NCBI GenBank assembly: GCA_016223105.1
Contig: JACRPR010000036.1
Span: forward strand, 1,729-65,728
Direction: 5' to 3'
Origin: Chloroflexota bacterium
Lineage (GTDB): Bacteria; Chloroflexota; Anaerolineae; UBA4142
DNA length: 64,000 bases
Shown: positions 59,556-64,000 of the stretch, in pieces
How the letters are laid out: each line of letters starts with the position of its first letter
How positions within the stretch are numbered: the first letter of the stretch is position 1
The notes under the pieces: model-generated
What the model saw: the letters and a program-made list of their open reading frames with translations, nothing else
What the model was told of the DNA's origin: nothing
Database searches by the model: none
Translations under genes and position numbers: made by a program

Positions 59556-62258
59556 ATGAACCTCTCAGCCACAATCAATCTCATCGGCAACCTGCTCGGC
59601 GCAACAATTCGCGAACAGGAATCGCCCCAACTTTTTCACCTGGTCGAACAGATTCGCCAACTTGCCAAAGCGCGCCGCGCGGATTCAGATCGCGCGCCGG
59701 ATCAACTCGCGATGCAAGTCGCCGCGCTCACGCCGGACGTTGCGCGTGTGATCGCGTCCGCGTTCACGGTGTATTTTGATCTCGTGAATCTGATCGAAGA
59801 AACGTATCGCGTGCACACTTTGCGCGAACGCGAACGCGAACGGCATCCCGAGCCAGCACCCGAATCCATCGCGGACGCGATTGCGATGCTCGCGGCGCGC
59901 GGCATCACGCGCGCGCAAATGCAAAATTTGCTCGCCGCGCTCAACGTCGAACTCGTGCTGACCGCGCATCCGACCGAAGCGAAACGGCGCACTGTGTTGT
60001 CGAAACTCGAACGGATCGCGCACATCACGCGCGTTTTGGACGACGGCGATCTCTTGCCCCGCGAACGCGCGGAACTCGAAATGAATTTGCGCGCCGAGAT
60101 CGCCGCGCTGTGGTTGACCGAACGCACGCGCACGACGCGCCCCAAAGTCGAGGACGAAGTTCGCACCGGGTTGTACGTCGTCGAAAATGTTTTTTGGGAT
60201 ACCCTGCCGCGCGTGTATGCCGAACTCGATGCCGCACTCGCAAAACATTTTCCGGGATTGTCCGCGTCGCCGCGTTGGTTGACGCTCGCATCCTGGGTCG
60301 GCGGCGACCGCGACGGCAATCCAAACGTAACGATGACCGTTACCGCCGAGACGTTGCGGTTGCATCGCGGTCTCGCGATTGAACATCATCGCCGCGCGCT
60401 GCAAGACCTGGCGCGGCGATTGAGTATGAGCGCGCACCTGGTGCCGATGCCGCGCGATTTGCAATCCTGGCTCGAGGCGCGGCATCCCTTGCCGCCGCAC
60501 GCCGCGTACTTGGAAGCGCGTTACACGAGCGAACCGTACCGCTTGATTGCGTCAATCTTGTCCGCCGATCTCGCGCACGCGTCGCGCGATGATATGACCG
60601 CGCGATTGTTGGAAACGACGCCGCACACCGCGCGCATCACGCTCGAGCAACTGACTACGCCGCTCGAAATGATCGAGCGCGCTCTGCCGCCGCGCATCGC
60701 GCGTGATCATTTGCAAACGCTCGCGCGGCAATTGCACATTTTTGGTTTGCACGCGGCGCGGCTCGATTTGCGCGAAGACGCGTCGCGCCTGGTGTCCGCG
60801 CTTGCGGAAGTGTTGCGCGCGCTCGGCACCGATCTCACGTTCGCGCAAAAAGATGAAACCGCGCGACTCGCCACGTTGGCGCGTTTGTTCGCGCAAGCGC
60901 GTCCCGCGCTCGCGCGCCATCCTGGGATCACCGTCGAAACCGCAGAGACCTGGGCGTTGTTTCAATTGATCGCACGCGTGCAAGCGGTGTACGGACGCGC
61001 GTTGCTCGGACCATTTATTATTTCGATGGCGCACAGTCCCGCCGATGTGTTGACTGTGTTACTGCTCGCGCGTTGGGCGGAGTGCGATGCGGGCTTGTCC
61101 ATTGTGCCGCTCTTTGAAACGCTCGCCGATTTGCAAGCCGCGCCGCAAATTCTTTCCGATTTGTTCGCGCTCGATGTGTATCGCGATCATCTCACGTCCT
61201 GTGGAAACGCGCAAATGGTGATGATCGGTTATTCGGACGGCAACAAGGATGGTGGGTATCTCGCGGCGAATTGGGAATTGTATCGCGCGCAAGACCAGGT
61301 CGCGCGCGTGTGCGCGGCGCACAACACCAAGTTGACAATTTTTCACGGTCGCGGCGGCACGGTCGCGCGCGGCGGCGGTCCGGCAAATCGCGCGATTCGC
61401 GCGCAACCGCCCGGCACCGTGCAGGGACGTTTGCGCGTGACGCAACAGGGCGAAACGATCGCATCGAATTACGCGAGTCCCGATCTCGCGCATCGGCACA
61501 TCGAACAAATCGTCCATGCGGTTTTGCTCGCGAGCGCGCCGGAGCGCGATGCGACCGCGCAACACGAGTGGTCTGCGGCAATGGCGATAATGTCCGCGGC
61601 GGCGCGCGATGAATATCGCGCGCTCGTGCACGCGACGCCGGGGTTTGCGGAATTCTGGCGAAGCGCGACGCCGATTGACGAGATCAATCGTTTGCGGATC
61701 GGTTCGCGTCCAACGTCGCGGCGCGGCGGCGGATTGCGAATCGAAAATGTGCGCGCGATTCCCTGGGTTTTTTCATGGATGCAAAGCCGATTCAATCTGC
61801 CGGGCTGGTACGGACTGGGCAGTGGACTCGCGCGCGCGGATAAAAATTTGATGGGCGCGATGTATCGCGACTGGGCTTTTTTTCGCGCGCTGATTGACAA
61901 CGCGGAAATGTCACTGCTCAAAGCGGATATGGAGATCGCCGCGCGCTATGTTGACCTGGTTTCGGATCGCGCGTTGGCGCAAAAAATTTTCGCGCAGATT
62001 CAAAACGAGTACGCGTGCGCGCGCGACGCGATCCTCGCGATCACCGGGCACGCCGAATTGATGGACGCCGACCCGGTGATTCAACGTTCGATCAAAACGC
62101 GCAATCCGTACGTTGACCCGCTCAATTATTTGCAAGTCGAAACATTGCGCCGCTTGCGCGCGTTGCCCGATCCCGAAAGCGCGCCCGCCGAAGAACTGCG
62201 CGAGGTGATCGTGTTGACGATCAATGGCATTGCCGCGGGGTTGCGAAATACCGGCTAG
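59556..62258 (+). CDS. ppc: Phosphoenolpyruvate carboxylase
   Basis: VLTAHPTEAKRRT, GYSDGNKDGG, FHGRGGTVARGGGP, C-terminal INGIAAGLRNTG. Confidence 0.95.
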   Translation: MNLSATINLIGNLLGATIREQESPQLFHLVEQIRQLAKARRADSDRAPDQLAMQVAALTPDVARVIASAFTVYFDLVNLIEETYRVHTLRERERERHPEPAPESIADAIAMLAARGITRAQMQNLLAALNVELVLTAHPTEAKRRTVLSKLERIAHITRVLDDGDLLPRERAELEMNLRAEIAALWLTERTRTTRPKVEDEVRTGLYVVENVFWDTLPRVYAELDAALAKHFPGLSASPRWLTLASWVGGDRDGNPNVTMTVTAETLRLHRGLAIEHHRRALQDLARRLSMSAHLVPMPRDLQSWLEARHPLPPHAAYLEARYTSEPYRLIASILSADLAHASRDDMTARLLETTPHTARITLEQLTTPLEMIERALPPRIARDHLQTLARQLHIFGLHAARLDLREDASRLVSALAEVLRALGTDLTFAQKDETARLATLARLFAQARPALARHPGITVETAETWALFQLIARVQAVYGRALLGPFIISMAHSPADVLTVLLLARWAECDAGLSIVPLFETLADLQAAPQILSDLFALDVYRDHLTSCGNAQMVMIGYSDGNKDGGYLAANWELYRAQDQVARVCAAHNTKLTIFHGRGGTVARGGGPANRAIRAQPPGTVQGRLRVTQQGETIASNYASPDLAHRHIEQIVHAVLLASAPERDATAQHEWSAAMAIMSAAARDEYRALVHATPGFAEFWRSATPIDEINRLRIGSRPTSRRGGGLRIENVRAIPWVFSWMQSRFNLPGWYGLGSGLARADKNLMGAMYRDWAFFRALIDNAEMSLLKADMEIAARYVDLVSDRALAQKIFAQIQNEYACARDAILAITGHAELMDADPVIQRSIKTRNPYVDPLNYLQVETLRRLRALPDPESAPAEELREVIVLTINGIAAGLRNTG

Positions 62259-62262
62259 ACCC

Positions 62263-62332
62263 GTCATTGCGCGCGAAGCGAAGCAATCTCCGAATAACTG
62301 ATTGGGAATTGCTTCGCTACACGCGCAATGAC
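62263..62332. repeat. Repeat family 1, short variant
   Basis: GTCATTGCGCGCGAAGCGAAGCAATCTCC...GGGAATTGCTTCGCTACACGCGCAATGAC, between ppc and spoVR. Confidence 0.8.
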
Positions 62333-62347
62333 AGTGACGAGGTTTGT

Positions 62348-63724
62348 ATGTTCGAAGATCGAATGATCGATTTGGAAAAACTCGCGCGCGATGCGGGACT
62401 GTTTCCGTTCGACACCCACTTTGAAGTGATCCCGCTCGACATTATGCACGAGATTGCGGCGTACGGTTTGCCGACGCGCGCGCAACATTGGAGTTACGGC
62501 AAAGTTTATAATCATCACAAAATTCACGGCGCGATGGGTTTGTCGAAAATTTACGAGATCGTGTTGAACAATGATCCGTGCTACGCGTTCCTGCTCGACA
62601 CGAACGACGAAATCGAAAACCTGCTCGTCGCCGCGCACGTTTTCGCGCACAGCGATTTTTTTCGCGTGAACGCGTATTTCGACGGATCGAATCGGAATAT
62701 GGTAAACGAAGCGGTCGAGCACGCGCGGCGGATTGACGAGTACATTGACAAGCACGGTTTGGAACGCGTCGAGCGCGTGATGGACATTGGCTTTGCGCTC
62801 GACCGGCACATTGATCCGCACAAGGGCTTGGCGCGCAAAAAATATCCGGCGCGCCAGGTGATTGAAAAAGAATTGCGCCAAGCGCCGTTCGCGGATTTGT
62901 TCGGCGAAGCGCACCTCGCGCTCACAAGCCAGGTCATCGGTGATAAAATTCCGCCGCACCCGGAACGCGACCTGGTATGGTTTCTCGCGAATTACGCGCC
63001 GCTGGAATCCTGGGAAAAGGATGTGCTTGAAATTATTCGCGAAGAAGCGTACTATTTCTATCCGCAGTTTGAAACCAAAGTGTTGAACGAGGGCTGGGCA
63101 TCATTTTGGCATGCGGAAATTTTGAATCGGTACGCGAACCTCTCGCCGCGCGAGACGATTGATTTCGCGTCGCTCCATTCGTCCGTCGTGCAACCCGGCG
63201 GACGCGCGCAGTTGAATCCGTACTATCTCGGTTACAAAATTCTCGTGGACGTGAAGGAACGCTGGGACAAACTGTATGGCGCGGGCGAATCCACGTTGGA
63301 TGGATTCGGCAAATTGTTCGAAGTGCGCGCGACCGAAAATGATATTTCGTTTCTCTCGAATTATCTCACGCCCGATCTCGCGATCAAACTAAAATTGTTC
63401 AGTTACGGTTACGCGAACGAAAAAGACGAGCACGACGGCGACATTGAAATTACCAGCCGCGCGTACGACGAGGTGATGCGCGCGATGCTCGCGCCGCGTT
63501 ACAATTACGGCGCGCCCAAAATTTTTGTGACGGAAATCGCGCGCGGCGAATTGCGTCTGCGCCACGACAAGGGTTCGCTCGGCGATTTGGACTTGCGCTA
63601 TGCGGAAAAAACGCTCGGCTATATTTTTGAGTTGTGGAAGAGTCCGGTTATAATGGACGCGACCCATGACGACAAACCGATCCGGTTGATCTATGCGTCG
63701 AGTGGATTCAAGGTGGAAAAATAA
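62348..63724 (+). CDS. spoVR: SpoVR-family protein
   Basis: Start moved to ATG 62348 (MFEDRMIDLEK; GAGG upstream); the track N-terminus is translated repeat. HWSYGK, VFAHSDFF, NEGWASFWH motifs. Confidence 0.9.
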   Translation: MFEDRMIDLEKLARDAGLFPFDTHFEVIPLDIMHEIAAYGLPTRAQHWSYGKVYNHHKIHGAMGLSKIYEIVLNNDPCYAFLLDTNDEIENLLVAAHVFAHSDFFRVNAYFDGSNRNMVNEAVEHARRIDEYIDKHGLERVERVMDIGFALDRHIDPHKGLARKKYPARQVIEKELRQAPFADLFGEAHLALTSQVIGDKIPPHPERDLVWFLANYAPLESWEKDVLEIIREEAYYFYPQFETKVLNEGWASFWHAEILNRYANLSPRETIDFASLHSSVVQPGGRAQLNPYYLGYKILVDVKERWDKLYGAGESTLDGFGKLFEVRATENDISFLSNYLTPDLAIKLKLFSYGYANEKDEHDGDIEITSRAYDEVMRAMLAPRYNYGAPKIFVTEIARGELRLRHDKGSLGDLDLRYAEKTLGYIFELWKSPVIMDATHDDKPIRLIYASSGFKVEK

Positions 63725-63753
63725 TCGCCCTCGGCAAACCCCGCATCGCGCTT

Positions 63754-64000
63754 TTGCACTATGCCGCGCCGCCGACCATCGGCGGCGTCGAAGCAACGCT
63801 CGCCGCGCACGCGCGTTTGTTCGCGCGCCACGCTTATCCAGTAAAAATTATCGCGGGATGCGGCGCGCCATTCGATCCGCACATTCCGCTTGAAATCATC
63901 CCCGATGCCGATTCCCAATCGCCGCGCGTCCTGCAAGTCAATACCGAACTCGCGCGCGGCGAGGTCAGTCCCGCGTTTCACGCGCTCGCGCGCGATTTAA
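63754..64000 (+). CDS. Probable GT4-type glycosyltransferase, N-terminal fragment (runs off window end)
   Basis: My translation gives ..IIALGKPRIALLHYAAPPTIGGVEATLAAHARLFARHAYPVKIIAG... The GT-B-like N-terminus appears to begin near 63721, but the first canonical start in frame is TTG 63754, so the start is unresolved. Confidence 0.4.
   Translation, partial: MHYAAPPTIGGVEATLAAHARLFARHAYPVKIIAGCGAPFDPHIPLEIIPDADSQSPRVLQVNTELARGEVSPAFHALARDL

Noticed and set aside
62267-62347. N-terminal 27 residues of the track spoVR ORF, and similar N-terminal extensions of phoU (24188-24295), cupredoxin (3805-3936), PrkA (56241-56273), the CoA-binding protein and kinase 34273
   Set aside because: The extensions start at alternative or unsupported codons, run through repeats or terminator hairpins, and are followed by ATG codons with good SD sequences. 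I shortened these genes accordingly.

Overview
GC-rich bacterial chromosomal segment. Lipoprotein-type binding proteins and the gene content suggest a monoderm or Chloroflexi-like organism, but taxonomy cannot be proven from this window. No rRNA, tRNA, CRISPR array, transposase or prophage was seen. All calls rest on reading the supplied translations, my own translation of gaps, and motif recognition by eye; no searches were run. The ORF track uses ATG, GTG and TTG as start codons, so I shortened many N-termini to ATG codons that have a Shine-Dalgarno sequence.

Content in order:
1. 1-5966: a minus-strand molybdopterin oxidoreductase operon in FeS / NrfD / catalytic-subunit (BCA) order, an upstream cupredoxin lipoprotein, and a divergent NarL-type two-component system.
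2. 6322-13373: two tandem paralogous triads, each a PhnD-like binding lipoprotein, a HAMP-GAF-HisKA_3 kinase and a NarL regulator. The second kinase has lost its 3' end to a repeat element.
3. 13509-17182: an ars operon (arsR, two thioredoxin-fold genes, acr3, ArsP-like permease) behind a perfect consensus promoter with an overlapping operator.
4. 17294-20082: thrC and a lipoprotein.
5. 20231-28375: a Pho cluster (pstSCAB, phoU, phoR and its regulator) with arsC and a nicotinate phosphoribosyltransferase-like gene embedded.
6. 28755-34213: a GAF-GGDEF membrane protein, a GT-C-like membrane protein and a CoA-binding protein.
7. 34273-39215: a cNMP-binding histidine kinase, a beta-helix exoprotein, and a receiver / Grx-like / TrxR-like fusion that lacks its redox cysteines.
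8. 39289-55567: a 16-kb co-directional array of zinc-ribbon / class III cyclase / STAND-ATPase / TPR paralogues. One is intact. One is split by a repeat cassette and has TAG as its second codon. One is a single frame interrupted by two TGA codons. Two are stand-alone winged-helix/TPR modules.
9. 55968-63724: prkA, yhbH and spoVR behind a consensus promoter and structured leader, with ppc inserted between yhbH and spoVR.

The window is saturated with at least five palindromic repeat families, a 32-nt nested element and tandem heptanucleotide arrays. Several of these lie inside coding sequence.

The most promising candidate for something new is the cyclase-STAND-TPR array together with the adjacent cNMP-sensing kinase and receiver-flavoprotein. 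Second is the pair of binding-protein-dependent kinase triads lying between the Mo enzyme and the ars operon.
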